DNA of 64,000 nt from an uncultured Prolixibacteraceae bacterium (GTDB lineage Bacteria; Bacteroidota; Bacteroidia; Bacteroidales; FEN-979). Where the stretch lies: positions 40,248 to 104,247 of the forward strand of contig CAZTSX010000007.1 of assembly GCA_964616825.1 (NCBI GenBank). The letters run 5' to 3'. Under the pieces are notes generated by a model, which made no database searches, had not been told where the DNA came from, and was given only the letters and a program-made list of their open reading frames with translations. Shown here in pieces: positions 15,018 through 24,818 of this stretch. Within the stretch, counting starts at the first letter, position 1, and every line of letters starts with the position of its first letter. The translations under genes and the position numbers were made by a program.

Positions 15018-18000
15018 TTATCCACCCCATGTAATCACAGAAATTCGTTTTCTTCCATCCATTCTTACGACAAGTGGTTTTACAAAAGAGGAGACAGTAA
15101 AATAGTTATATTCGTAAGTGTGGTTTTGTTGTTTAAGAATATCGTACCTGATAAAGCTTTTTGAGATCTCAGGCTGGACGCACAGATACCCGACATTCAT
15201 GGATGTAACATTATGAAAGAAATGCGATCCGGATGAGGCATCCAGCGGAAAACCTTCCAGGCTGGTCTCCACAATCACCCTGGCATTGGATATTTGAGGC
15301 CATGTAACCGGGATCCCTATCCACCGGTCCCTGGTCCCCCACCGTCCCGGTCCGATCAAAATATACTTTTTGTTCCGGCTGATCATATCGGCATTGATCT
15401 TCTCTATCTCATCAGCCATTGCAACGGTTTGAGATTTGTCAAATGTGTCGGGATCAACATAGACGACATCATAGATGTTATCGATGATACCATTACCCAT
15501 CTCGCGCTCTGAAAAGAGTAAAATTTGCTCCTTCCGGATCTTTTTCATGTTGATCCTGTAATCCTTGGTATTCCCGATCATCGGCTTAACCTGGAGGAGA
15601 TAAAACGTGGCTCTGCCATGCTGATCCTTGGTCAGGTCTACTGCAAACTCGATCTCAACCGGTGAACCCAGCGCCTCTTTCACCACATCAAGAACGACTT
15701 CGATGGTTTTAGCAAGTGGAATATAATTATATTTCAGGATGTCGGCAAAATTGATCACCCGCGGGCCGGCTTTCGTCAGTCCGGGTATGATCTGGTTATC
15801 ATCAGTACTAAAAACCGATGCAATATGGTTGATAGAGCCATGATGTTCAGCTTCGTCGATATCCAGGGTCCTCAATCCGGCTTCTTCACCATCAAGGAGG
15901 TTCAGGTCCTCTTTCTTCAAATCAACAGCATAAAAACGAACCTGACTCCGTTTTAATTGAGTATGTGCGGAACTGATCTCCAGATTTGGATACTGAGGTG
16001 AAAAGCGGAATGTTTTCTCACCTTCAACAACATACTGGCCAAGTCCAAGTGCAATTACAGCAACCCCCTCTTCCGGTTTCATGTGTCCATAGGGATAATA
16101 GTTGTATGAATGAGCAACACCACTGATATGCGGATAGAAAACATCCTCATGTTGGTTTCCTACCACCTCCTGAATCACAACAGCCATTTTTTCCTGGTCA
16201 ATCCGGTAATGCACAGCTTCAAAATATTTTTTCGCTGTTGGAGAATATATCGATGCATATACCAGTTTGATTGCATTTTTTAACTGTTCAAGGCGAACAC
16301 TCGGATCGGGATGGTTATTGGGGATCATGTAGGTTTCAAAGATACCGGCGAAAGGCTGGTTCAGGGAATCTTCAAATAATCCGGAAGAACGGATTGCCAG
16401 GGGTTTGTTGATGTGCTTGATGATCAGTTTTAATTTACTGATTAAGGCTTCAGACTGCTTCCCTTCGATAAACCATCTCTTTAGCTTTTGATAATCGGTC
16501 TCCAACATCACTTTTTCACGCAATTGATTCCGGTCCATGAAAAAATCAAACTCATCTGTTCCGATTATCGAGGTGACCGGTGTCTGGATATTTATATTAG
16601 GAATATGGTGGGAGAAGTCGTAGTTATATATAACTGTGTTACTAAAGGCAAGACCTCGTCCTTTGCCCCCAAGAGTACCTTCCGTCAGGCTAAGGATATT
16701 AGTAGCATCAGTGATAGCCGATTCCTCAAATGGGATTACTTTACCCTTATCCTGTTCGTTCCTGAAATGCGAGATCACCGAGACCAGATACTCGCGCAAA
16801 CTGGCAGCATCTTTAAAATCAGCGACTTTGGCGGGATTCAGGATCTTTGCTGCCTGGATTTCACTCCGTGCCATCAACCAAAGGGAGAAGTGATCTTTGT
16901 GGGCATGGAAAAGAAGTGACTCCTCCGGTATCGTTTTTAATTTGTCTTCAAACTCTTTCAGCGACCTGGCCTGATCAATTTGCTTTCCTTCTTTGTCGCG
17001 GTAGATAAAGTTCCCAAAACCAAGGTAGCGGGTTATGAAACTTCTGAAATCGGCTAGCAGGGTGTCTGAATTTTTGTTGATGAAAGCAGTCTTCATATCA
17101 TCCGCCCAGGAGGTGTTTGAATCGTCGAACGACTGCAGAACGATCGGGAGATCACGGGACTCTTTGCGAATTTGGTTGACAAGAGTGAATCCGGCATTAT
17201 CATTGAGCTTTCCGTCCTTCTTAAACTTGACGTCAGAGATCAGGCAGAGGATAAATTCGTTGTACTTATGAAAGATATATATAGCCTCCTCATAGGTGGA
17301 AGCAAGTAAGATTTTTGGGCGGGCTTTCAATCGGAGAATACGGTACAACTCATCCGTAGTGACATCTTCAATGATATGCTTCGTCTGCTCCAAAACAATG
17401 TTGTAGAGCATAGGGAGGTAGAGCGAGTAATATTGCGGCGAATCTTCAACCAGCAGAATTACCCTGACCATCCCAAGTTTGGTATCATTCTCTATATTGA
17501 TCTTATCTTCCAGGTAATTGATCATGGCAAAAAAGATCCGGGTATCCCCGTTCCAGATGAAGATGCGATCTATCCAGTTTAGCCGTTCTGGCTCCTCTTC
17601 GAAAAGGGCGACGTCGATGTTGCTGTTTAAGAGTAGAAATACAGGGATGTATTGAAATGCAGCCTTAACCTGCTTGCTAAGCTCAACCGGAAATTCCTTG
17701 TCGACACCAAGCATAATAATCACCAGGTCATAGTGCTTGGCATTCAACTGTTCCATGACTTCTTCTTTTGAAGAAACCCCTGTAATACGAGGCATTGTGC
17801 TCAGGCTCAATTGATAATACTCACCCAGCACATGTTCTGAAAAGCGACCCTCCTTTTCAATGCTGTAAGCATCGTACAGATTAGCCACAAGCAGGATTTC
17901 ACGAACCTTGAACGGCATTAAGTCGTGGTAAAGATCCCTGTTGGCATTCGTTCGGTTGAGAAATGACTGCAACAAGTGGCGACTGGAGGTTTCCTGTTCC

Positions 18001-18863
18001 TGGCTCGTTGTTGCCCTTTTTTTCAGGATCGCTTTTCCTTTGATGGAGTTTAAATATCCTGAAATGAGATTAGCCAAGTTGACGATCAGTACCCTCTCCT
18101 CTTCAAGAAAAGGCCCTTCAGAAGCTTCCGGAAATCCTTTCAAATAACAGATATCAATAAATCCTTCCTGGTTATCAATGGTCTCAAATTTCTGAACCTG
18201 CTGCCATTGTGTTTCGCGAAAATTCGGAGTCTGCACAACTATGTTTCCATATCTTATTCTGCTGGCAGTAAACTCCGGATATTGCCATGCACGTGGAAGT
18301 ATCAGGCATATTTGACGCAGAGACTCTTCAGGCGAGGTTCCCGTACGAAGGATGTTTGTAGTCTGATTGATCGCATCGAGTTCTTTCAGATGTTCCCTTG
18401 TGACATACCTGCCTTCCCGACCTTTCATGGCATTCAGATATCCCTCAATCAGGCTGCTAAGGGTATTGAGCAGGCTTTGCTCTTCCTTCAGAAAAGGACC
18501 TTGGTCGGCTTCCGCGAATTTTTTCGTGTAAAAGATCTCAATTGAGCAAACCAGGTTATCAATTGTAGTAAAAACCTGCTCTTGCTTCCACTCCGTCTCA
18601 ACGAACTGGTCACTGACAAACTCCATCTCATCGATTCGTATCCGAGCAACAGTATATCTGGGATATTGCCAGGCTTTCGGCAGAATCTTACAGATCTTTT
18701 GAAGGGTATCTGAAACAGGCTTTCCCTTTTTAATAATTGCAGTCGTTTCATTGATAGCTGCCAGTTCCTTTAGTCGTTCACGATTATCGTAAAGGAGCTT
18801 ATTAAAGTCAGCTTTATCAACATGAGTTTTGCTGTTCCGTTTTCTGTTCTCTTTCCCAGGCAT
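15018..18863 (-). CDS. multidomain sensor enzyme: 2 x GAF-like repeat, pseudo-receiver, receiver, PEP/pyruvate-binding (PPDK/PEP synthase N-terminal ATP-grasp) domain and an unassigned C-terminal domain
   Basis: An internal 129-aa repeat covers residues ~27-147 and ~156-276 (LKEL.AIN.T...ILP.AWQYP...GPFL.EE). The first receiver-like segment has DLVIIMLG, so no acceptor Asp. The second has VEDS...LISDVKF. The TLGGKGRGLAF nucleotide-binding loop is typical of the PPDK_N family. Confidence 0.6.
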   Translation of the reverse strand: MPGKENRKRNSKTHVDKADFNKLLYDNRERLKELAAINETTAIIKKGKPVSDTLQKICKILPKAWQYPRYTVARIRIDEMEFVSDQFVETEWKQEQVFTTIDNLVCSIEIFYTKKFAEADQGPFLKEEQSLLNTLSSLIEGYLNAMKGREGRYVTREHLKELDAINQTTNILRTGTSPEESLRQICLILPRAWQYPEFTASRIRYGNIVVQTPNFRETQWQQVQKFETIDNQEGFIDICYLKGFPEASEGPFLEEERVLIVNLANLISGYLNSIKGKAILKKRATTSQEQETSSRHLLQSFLNRTNANRDLYHDLMPFKVREILLVANLYDAYSIEKEGRFSEHVLGEYYQLSLSTMPRITGVSSKEEVMEQLNAKHYDLVIIMLGVDKEFPVELSKQVKAAFQYIPVFLLLNSNIDVALFEEEPERLNWIDRIFIWNGDTRIFFAMINYLEDKINIENDTKLGMVRVILLVEDSPQYYSLYLPMLYNIVLEQTKHIIEDVTTDELYRILRLKARPKILLASTYEEAIYIFHKYNEFILCLISDVKFKKDGKLNDNAGFTLVNQIRKESRDLPIVLQSFDDSNTSWADDMKTAFINKNSDTLLADFRSFITRYLGFGNFIYRDKEGKQIDQARSLKEFEDKLKTIPEESLLFHAHKDHFSLWLMARSEIQAAKILNPAKVADFKDAASLREYLVSVISHFRNEQDKGKVIPFEESAITDATNILSLTEGTLGGKGRGLAFSNTVIYNYDFSHHIPNINIQTPVTSIIGTDEFDFFMDRNQLREKVMLETDYQKLKRWFIEGKQSEALISKLKLIIKHINKPLAIRSSGLFEDSLNQPFAGIFETYMIPNNHPDPSVRLEQLKNAIKLVYASIYSPTAKKYFEAVHYRIDQEKMAVVIQEVVGNQHEDVFYPHISGVAHSYNYYPYGHMKPEEGVAVIALGLGQYVVEGEKTFRFSPQYPNLEISSAHTQLKRSQVRFYAVDLKKEDLNLLDGEEAGLRTLDIDEAEHHGSINHIASVFSTDDNQIIPGLTKAGPRVINFADILKYNYIPLAKTIEVVLDVVKEALGSPVEIEFAVDLTKDQHGRATFYLLQVKPMIGNTKDYRINMKKIRKEQILLFSEREMGNGIIDNIYDVVYVDPDTFDKSQTVAMADEIEKINADMISRNKKYILIGPGRWGTRDRWIGIPVTWPQISNARVIVETSLEGFPLDASSGSHFFHNVTSMNVGYLCVQPEISKSFIRYDILKQQNHTYEYNYFTVSSFVKPLVVRMDGRKRISVITWGG

Positions 18864-18883
18864 ACCTGAAATGAATAAGCTGT

Positions 18884-18891
18884 CAAAATTA
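18884..18891 (-). promoter_or_regulatory. candidate -7 promoter box (TAATTTTG)
   Basis: Plus-strand caaaatta, 21 nt upstream of the ATG at 18863. Confidence 0.4.
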
Positions 18892-19074
18892 GCACAAAGT
18901 TTCGTGACAGAGAAATAATAAGTAGAAATGACAGCTTGTAAGTGTATTACTGATAGGGGTATAGGTAATCTTCGGATGTTTCTTTACGTAATTCTCGTAA
19001 GTGATTGAGTTATAGCACATGATAAGATAAAAAAAGATAAAAATTTAGTTTTTTTAGAAATCTTTTCTTTAATA

Positions 19075-19092
19075 TTGTGACGAATTTCACAA
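19075..19092. promoter_or_regulatory. perfect CRP/FNR-type palindrome TGTGA-N6-TCACA
   Basis: The sequence ttGTGAcgaattTCACaa reads as TGTGA cgaatt TCACA. It is centred about 36 nt upstream of the gdhA ATG. Confidence 0.45.
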
Positions 19093-19119
19093 TGAATCAT
19101 TTAACTAAAACATTTTTCT

Positions 19120-20478
19120 ATGACAACCAATGCATTTCAACAACAGGTAGATGAGTTCATGGCTAAGATTATAGCCAAGAATCCAGCTGAAACTGAGTTT
19201 CATCAGGCTGTACTGGAAGTTGCCGAAACACTGATTCCTTTCATTGAAGAGAATCCAAAGTACAAAACGACTAAGATTCTTGAACGGATCGCTGAGCCGG
19301 AAAGAGTCATTTTATTCCGTGTTCCATGGCTGGACGACAAGGGTGAGCCACAGGTCAACCGGGGTTTCCGGATTGAGATGAACAGCGCCATTGGCCCATA
19401 CAAAGGAGGCATGCGTTTTCACCCGACTGTGAACCTGGGCATCCTGAAGTTTCTGGCTTTTGAGCAGGTGTTCAAAAATAGTTTGACTACCCTTCCAATG
19501 GGTGGTGGTAAAGGGGGAAGTGATTTTGATCCCAAAGGAAAATCCGATAATGAAGTGATGAAATTCTGCTATAGCTTCATGAATGAACTCTTCCGTCATA
19601 TTGGCGCAAATACAGACATACCAGCCGGTGACATCGGCGTTGGGGGTCGTGAAATCGGCTTCATGTTTGGTCAGTACAAAAAATTGAGAAATGAATTCAC
19701 CGGTGTATTTACCGGTAAAGGTATCGACTGGGGTGGAAGTCTGATCCGTCCGGAAGCTACAGGTTACGGACAGGTTTATTTTGCCGAAGAGATGCTGAAG
19801 ACTCGTGGAATGGACTTCAAAGGGAAAATCTGTACTGTTTCAGGTTCAGGTAACGTAGCTCAGTATGCTACACAAAAAGCTACTGAACTCGGCGGAAAAG
19901 TTGTTACACTCTCCGATTCCCAGGGTTACATTCACGATCCGAAAGGTATCGATGGTGAGAAGCTTGCTTTTGTCATGAATCTGAAGAATGTAAAACGTGG
20001 ACGGATCAAGGAGTATTGCGACAAATATCCTGAAGCCCAATTCTTCCCGGGCATGAGGCCATGGGACGTGAAGTGCGATATTGCTCTTCCTAGTGCTACC
20101 GAGAATGAAGTCAATGGCGAAGAAGCTGAATTGCTGATCAAGAACGGTTGTTTCTGTGTCTCTGAAGGAGCCAATATGCCTTCCACACCGGAAGCTATCG
20201 AAGTATATATAAACAAGAAAATTCTTTATGGCCCAGGAAAAGCTGCCAATGCAGGTGGTGTTGCCACATCTGGTCTTGAGATGTCTCAAAATTCAATGCG
20301 GTTGTCATGGACAAGAGAAGAGGTTGACAGCAAACTTCACGAAATCATGATCAACATCCATAAAGCCTGTGTGAAATTCGGCACCGAATCCGATGGCTTT
20401 ATCAACTACGTTAAGGGTGCCAACATCGGCGGTTTCGTGAAAGTTGCCGATGCTATGTTAGCTCAAGGACTCGTTTAA
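19120..20478 (+). CDS. gdhA: NADP-specific glutamate dehydrogenase
   Basis: 452 aa with KGGMRFHP and PMGGGKGGSDFDPKGKSDNEV, the hexameric Glu/Leu/Phe/Val dehydrogenase signatures. Confidence 0.95.
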   Translation: MTTNAFQQQVDEFMAKIIAKNPAETEFHQAVLEVAETLIPFIEENPKYKTTKILERIAEPERVILFRVPWLDDKGEPQVNRGFRIEMNSAIGPYKGGMRFHPTVNLGILKFLAFEQVFKNSLTTLPMGGGKGGSDFDPKGKSDNEVMKFCYSFMNELFRHIGANTDIPAGDIGVGGREIGFMFGQYKKLRNEFTGVFTGKGIDWGGSLIRPEATGYGQVYFAEEMLKTRGMDFKGKICTVSGSGNVAQYATQKATELGGKVVTLSDSQGYIHDPKGIDGEKLAFVMNLKNVKRGRIKEYCDKYPEAQFFPGMRPWDVKCDIALPSATENEVNGEEAELLIKNGCFCVSEGANMPSTPEAIEVYINKKILYGPGKAANAGGVATSGLEMSQNSMRLSWTREEVDSKLHEIMINIHKACVKFGTESDGFINYVKGANIGGFVKVADAMLAQGLV

Positions 20479-20505
20479 CTGCCAATATTCTATTCTGATT
20501 TGATA

Positions 20506-20540
20506 AGAAGGCTGCCTGTTTTCAGGCAGCCTTCTTTATT
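20506..20540. terminator. bidirectional rho-independent terminator hairpin between convergent genes
   Basis: 13-bp perfect stem agaaggctgcctg / caggcagccttct with loop tttt, followed by ttatttta. The hairpin overlaps the last codons of the minus-strand gene. Confidence 0.7.
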
Positions 20541-21868
20541 TTATTCGAGACTTGCTCCTTCGGTTTATCAATGGAAGAATACCAGAAAAGCACGGCATTA
20601 AAAAAGGCGTAGAAGACGATTCCTGCCTGACACTCGAACATCGACTCCACCAGAATATTCATGCTGACAAGCAGGATGAAGAAGAAGTAGATGTAGTTCT
20701 TCCTGCGGAACGCAAGAATCCCCGGCCAGACCAGCATTGCGACAAGAACGAGAAATCCGATCAATCCAACAGAAAGATAGGTTTGCAGGTATTGGTTATG
20801 GGCATTCAATCTTCGGGAATAGGCATATTTGATCCCCTTGTGGGAGTACTCCTCAAGTAACGCATCCTTCACATCACCGGTTCCTACTCCAAAGAAAGGA
20901 TGCTCCTGAATGATCTGCCACCCGGACTGCCAGACCAGTATCCTTGATCCCGTTGATTCTTTCATATCTGGTCGAATTGCCTCAATATTCTTTACAGTTT
21001 TTGTGGTTGTTTCCAATCGCTCCATTGTTTGAGGGAATAACCATATGAACAGGACTACTGTGGACAGCATTAACAACGGATAAATAGCTTTTTTTGGCGA
21101 CGATTGCCGATAAAAAAATATGAACGCCATCAACAGGTAGATCACAATCAGGCTGATGATGCCCATTTTGGATGACAACAGGACAACCATCAAATTAAAG
21201 AAGACCAGAAGCAACGTGATGAGTAGGAGTTGCCACCTTTTAAACAGATGAAAATTATCGTAGGTCAGAAAGACTATCAGAACAATTGCAAAATTGACAA
21301 ACATAGCCAGGTAACCGGGATGATGAAAAAGGGAGAGTTGTATATAAAAAAATACGCCGGAATCACAGGTATCTCCATACCGGATCATTGCGCTCGTCAG
21401 GCATACGATTGTGGCTGCCAGGCAACCTGCAATATACGTTAGAAAAATATAGTTAATCCGAAGAAATGAAAAAATCCACCCATCGATAGTGGCAAATAAT
21501 ATAGGAAAGACCAGCAGCGAGAGTTTCACCTGGATGTCAAATCTTGCATACTCCATGTTATTCGTATAGAGCAGACCCATCAGATAGACAAAATACAGCC
21601 CTGTAAAAAGAAGCAGATTCTGCCTGTGTCTCTCCTTCACGATCCTTTTCAGCTTTGCCCAGAAACGCAATTCAGCAGCCCAGTTAATCACCAGAAATCC
21701 AATCACCCAGGTAGCGGTGCGGTTTTTGATCGGGATAGCAAATCCCAGTGCAAGAAAAAGCAGGATGTAAACAACCCTGTGAAAAAGGGCGATCCAGTTC
21801 CAGATTACTCCCCAGGTAATCTTACGCGTTTTACTGATGTCTCTTTCACTAGTTTCTCTCAGATCCAT
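20522..21868 (-). CDS. O-antigen ligase / polymerase (Wzy-like) family integral membrane protein
   Basis: 448 aa with about 10-12 hydrophobic helices and a large loop (RLETTTKTVKNIEAIRPDMKESTGSRILVWQSGW). It sits next to glycosyltransferase genes. Confidence 0.6.
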   Translation of the reverse strand: MDLRETSERDISKTRKITWGVIWNWIALFHRVVYILLFLALGFAIPIKNRTATWVIGFLVINWAAELRFWAKLKRIVKERHRQNLLLFTGLYFVYLMGLLYTNNMEYARFDIQVKLSLLVFPILFATIDGWIFSFLRINYIFLTYIAGCLAATIVCLTSAMIRYGDTCDSGVFFYIQLSLFHHPGYLAMFVNFAIVLIVFLTYDNFHLFKRWQLLLITLLLVFFNLMVVLLSSKMGIISLIVIYLLMAFIFFYRQSSPKKAIYPLLMLSTVVLFIWLFPQTMERLETTTKTVKNIEAIRPDMKESTGSRILVWQSGWQIIQEHPFFGVGTGDVKDALLEEYSHKGIKYAYSRRLNAHNQYLQTYLSVGLIGFLVLVAMLVWPGILAFRRKNYIYFFFILLVSMNILVESMFECQAGIVFYAFFNAVLFWYSSIDKPKEQVSNKIKKAA

Positions 21869-22850
21869 ATCCCAAAAATAGAAATTTAATTACTCCAGAA
21901 AGATATCCTAATCCGTAACTCATATGCAGGACAAAGAAAATCACGATAAGGCCCGGAATTTTGCTGATTTGGTGAACCAGGCTAAAAGAGACTATCGACG
22001 CCAGGATAAAGTAGAGACCAATCACACTTAGATACCCTGTCAGGATCCATTGGTTGAAGCAAGATGCGATCGCCCCTACTGCGAGGAAAAGTATAAACAG
22101 AAATGGGACTAGTTGTCTGCTTGTGGTGATGGTGCGGTGTTTCTTATTTACATAAACTTTCCAGAGGCCATATTGAAAATATTGTTTGAAAAGCTTGCCA
22201 AATGAACTCCTGACATGGTATTTTGAAACTACAGATTTATCAAGCCAGAGTTTATACCCATGTTGAAGTACTCTGAAATTGAACTCATCATCTTGATTCC
22301 TCACCAAGGTCTCATCAAAGAGTCCGACCTTCTCAAACACCTCTTTCCGGTATGCGCCAAAGACCACTGTATCGGTATATCCCTCTTTCATACCTGTCCT
22401 GAAGTAGGCATCTCCAACACCAAAAGAGGACGACATGGCATACCCGATTAGCTCTGATACTGGATTCGTAAACTGATTGTCTAAAATCCCCCCTACGCCT
22501 CCCGCTTCCGGATGGGCATGGAGGCTCTCCAGGCAGCGAGTCAGGTAATCGGGAAGCAACTCAGAATGAGCCCCCAGGATGACAATGATATCACCGGAAG
22601 CATGTTTTATCCCCAGATTAAGAGCCTGTGGGGTTGTTTGCCGGTGATTGACTAATTGATGAATAATGGGATATTCCCGGGTAAACTCATTCACGATCTT
22701 TTGAGTCCCATCATTACTCATTCCATCACAAACAAACACCTCAAGCAGTTGAAGTGGATAATCCATGTTAATGATCGACTGCAAACATCTTCCGATATAT
22801 TGTTCCTCATTTCGACATGGAATGACGATAGAAATCCGCTGATCAGACAT
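21849..22850 (-). CDS. family 2 glycosyltransferase with C-terminal membrane helices
   Basis: ISIVIPCRNEEQYIGRCLQS and the CDGMSNDGT (DxD-like) motifs. Confidence 0.8.
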   Translation of the reverse strand: MSDQRISIVIPCRNEEQYIGRCLQSIINMDYPLQLLEVFVCDGMSNDGTQKIVNEFTREYPIIHQLVNHRQTTPQALNLGIKHASGDIIVILGAHSELLPDYLTRCLESLHAHPEAGGVGGILDNQFTNPVSELIGYAMSSSFGVGDAYFRTGMKEGYTDTVVFGAYRKEVFEKVGLFDETLVRNQDDEFNFRVLQHGYKLWLDKSVVSKYHVRSSFGKLFKQYFQYGLWKVYVNKKHRTITTSRQLVPFLFILFLAVGAIASCFNQWILTGYLSVIGLYFILASIVSFSLVHQISKIPGLIVIFFVLHMSYGLGYLSGVIKFLFLGYGSERN

Positions 22851-22855
22851 TCGTT

Positions 22856-23971
22856 CTAAACTTTTGACAAGGATCTCAATATCCTGTTATATATATCAAC
22901 CATCTGTTCAACATTGTTTTTCCAATCGTAGATTTGCTTTACCCTTTTTCTGCCCAATTTGCCCATTTTCTCACCTAACGCTCTGTTATGAACAAGGTAT
23001 TCTATTGCTTTTGCTGCAGCATCAGGATTTTTGGACTCAACTACAATACCAGTCACGCCATCCTCTACAACTTCCGGGAGACCTCCACTATTTGAAACTA
23101 CCACTGGCTTCTCCGTTGCCTGAGCCTCAACAATTGCTACACCAAAACTTTCTTTTATTGATAACGCAACAAAGATGGATATCATATTATAATATTCGGA
23201 TACTTCAATGGGCCTGATACTTCCTGTGAAAACAGTATCGTCATGGATAGAGAGATCTTTGGCTAATTTCTTAAGCTCTTTTTCTTCTGGTCCACCGCCA
23301 ACAACCAAGAGTTTCAATGGCAAATTCTGGTTGTTTTCCTTAACAATTTTAAAGGCTTTAAGAAGATCACGGATTCCATATTTTGGTTCCAACGTTTTCA
23401 CCGTGCCGATGACGACAGCATCATTATCAAATATAGAATCGACAGTTCGTAATTTAAAATGAGCAAGGTCAACGCCAAACGGAGTTACTTCAATTTCCTT
23501 GTTAGTATATTTTTCTGTTTCCCTTGCCATTACATGACTTGTGGATAATATTTTGTCAGCCTTTGCAAGGTTGAATTTGATAATCATCTTATGGACAGAA
23601 GAGATGTTAGGGAAATCAAATATATCTGTACCCCAAACGGATAAGACGAAAGGATGAAACCCGGAGAGGGCACCAAGAAAACCGTAGCTGGAGGCATAGT
23701 GTGTGTGAATAATGTCAGGACGAAAGTCTTTGATGGCTCTCCGAAGGGAAGGAAGTCGCATCAGGTATAATGTTTTTGTAAAAACAGCAGGCAACAATGT
23801 GTCCCATTGCTGCCATCTAGATAAAAAAAGCGGGATTCCATGATCATCACACCAAGGTACTTTCGGCTCCGTGATACTGAATAGACCGGAAACTACCCCA
23901 GCATTTTTCAAAGATACAGCCCACTTCTGAGTGTGAGTGGAATTCACATCTGACAGTAGTAAAACTCTCAT
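22856..23971 (-). CDS. GT-B fold glycosyltransferase (GT4-like)
   Basis: C-terminal ESFGVAIVEAQATEKPVVVSNSGGLPEVVEDGVTG motif (E-x7-E type). Confidence 0.8.
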   Translation of the reverse strand: MRVLLLSDVNSTHTQKWAVSLKNAGVVSGLFSITEPKVPWCDDHGIPLFLSRWQQWDTLLPAVFTKTLYLMRLPSLRRAIKDFRPDIIHTHYASSYGFLGALSGFHPFVLSVWGTDIFDFPNISSVHKMIIKFNLAKADKILSTSHVMARETEKYTNKEIEVTPFGVDLAHFKLRTVDSIFDNDAVVIGTVKTLEPKYGIRDLLKAFKIVKENNQNLPLKLLVVGGGPEEKELKKLAKDLSIHDDTVFTGSIRPIEVSEYYNMISIFVALSIKESFGVAIVEAQATEKPVVVSNSGGLPEVVEDGVTGIVVESKNPDAAAKAIEYLVHNRALGEKMGKLGRKRVKQIYDWKNNVEQMVDIYNRILRSLSKV

Positions 23972-24813
23972 TTGGTGCGTTTAAAACAATGTTGAAAAAA
24001 AACAGAGAGTTGCAATCCAAACCGATGTGGTTCGTTCACAAGGATGTAAAGCAAAAGAATCGGACGAATAATATAATATTCCCAAGCTGCCCCGCGCCTG
24101 GTAAAAAACTGTAAGAACGATCTCTCAATCATTTGAGCTCGTTCGCGTTCATTCCATTTGTGTTTCGAAGATCCCTTTCCGATATGCATAATCCGTGTAT
24201 CAAGATAATGAACCTGAATATTTCGAAGATAGGCCTGATAAAAGAGTTCCATATCCTCTGCATACATAAAAGTATCCTCCGACCAGCCTCCTAATTGATC
24301 AAATATTGATCGGTTCATTAATACGCTAGCTCCTGTGTTCCAGTAGGCCAGATCATTTCTATTTGCCAATCGGTTTATGAAATTTTTTAAGCGCGGGATG
24401 AGGTATTTGTTCTTCAATAGCCTTCCTTCCTGGTCAACTAAACTGGTCACCCAAATACCTTGAATGCTGGTTCTGCTGATTCTCTGATAATCTTTATTAA
24501 GTTCACTGTTGACAATTACATCGGGATTTAGAAAGTGAAGGAATCTGCCACACGATTGCTCTACCGCTTTGTTGTTTGCCTTCGAAAATCCCAGGTTTTG
24601 ATCTCCATTGATAAGAGTCAGTGATAGGGAATCAGGGTAGATATTCTGCACGTTAAGAAAAGAGTCGTCAGAAGAGGCGTTGTCATATACAATCACTTGA
24701 CAGGAGCCATGAATATGATGGAAGATGGAATCCAAGCAGTTCTTCAATAACTCACCGGAGTTGAAGTTCACAATGATGATACTGAAATCTTTTTCTAATT
24801 TCAGGTTTTCCAT
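23968..24813 (-). CDS. family 2 glycosyltransferase
   Basis: FSIIIVNFNSGELLKNCLDS and VYDNASSDDS motifs, with a 4-nt overlap onto the downstream gene. Confidence 0.8.
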   Translation of the reverse strand: MENLKLEKDFSIIIVNFNSGELLKNCLDSIFHHIHGSCQVIVYDNASSDDSFLNVQNIYPDSLSLTLINGDQNLGFSKANNKAVEQSCGRFLHFLNPDVIVNSELNKDYQRISRTSIQGIWVTSLVDQEGRLLKNKYLIPRLKNFINRLANRNDLAYWNTGASVLMNRSIFDQLGGWSEDTFMYAEDMELFYQAYLRNIQVHYLDTRIMHIGKGSSKHKWNERERAQMIERSFLQFFTRRGAAWEYYIIRPILLLYILVNEPHRFGLQLSVFFQHCFKRTK

Positions 24814-24818
24814 ACTGT

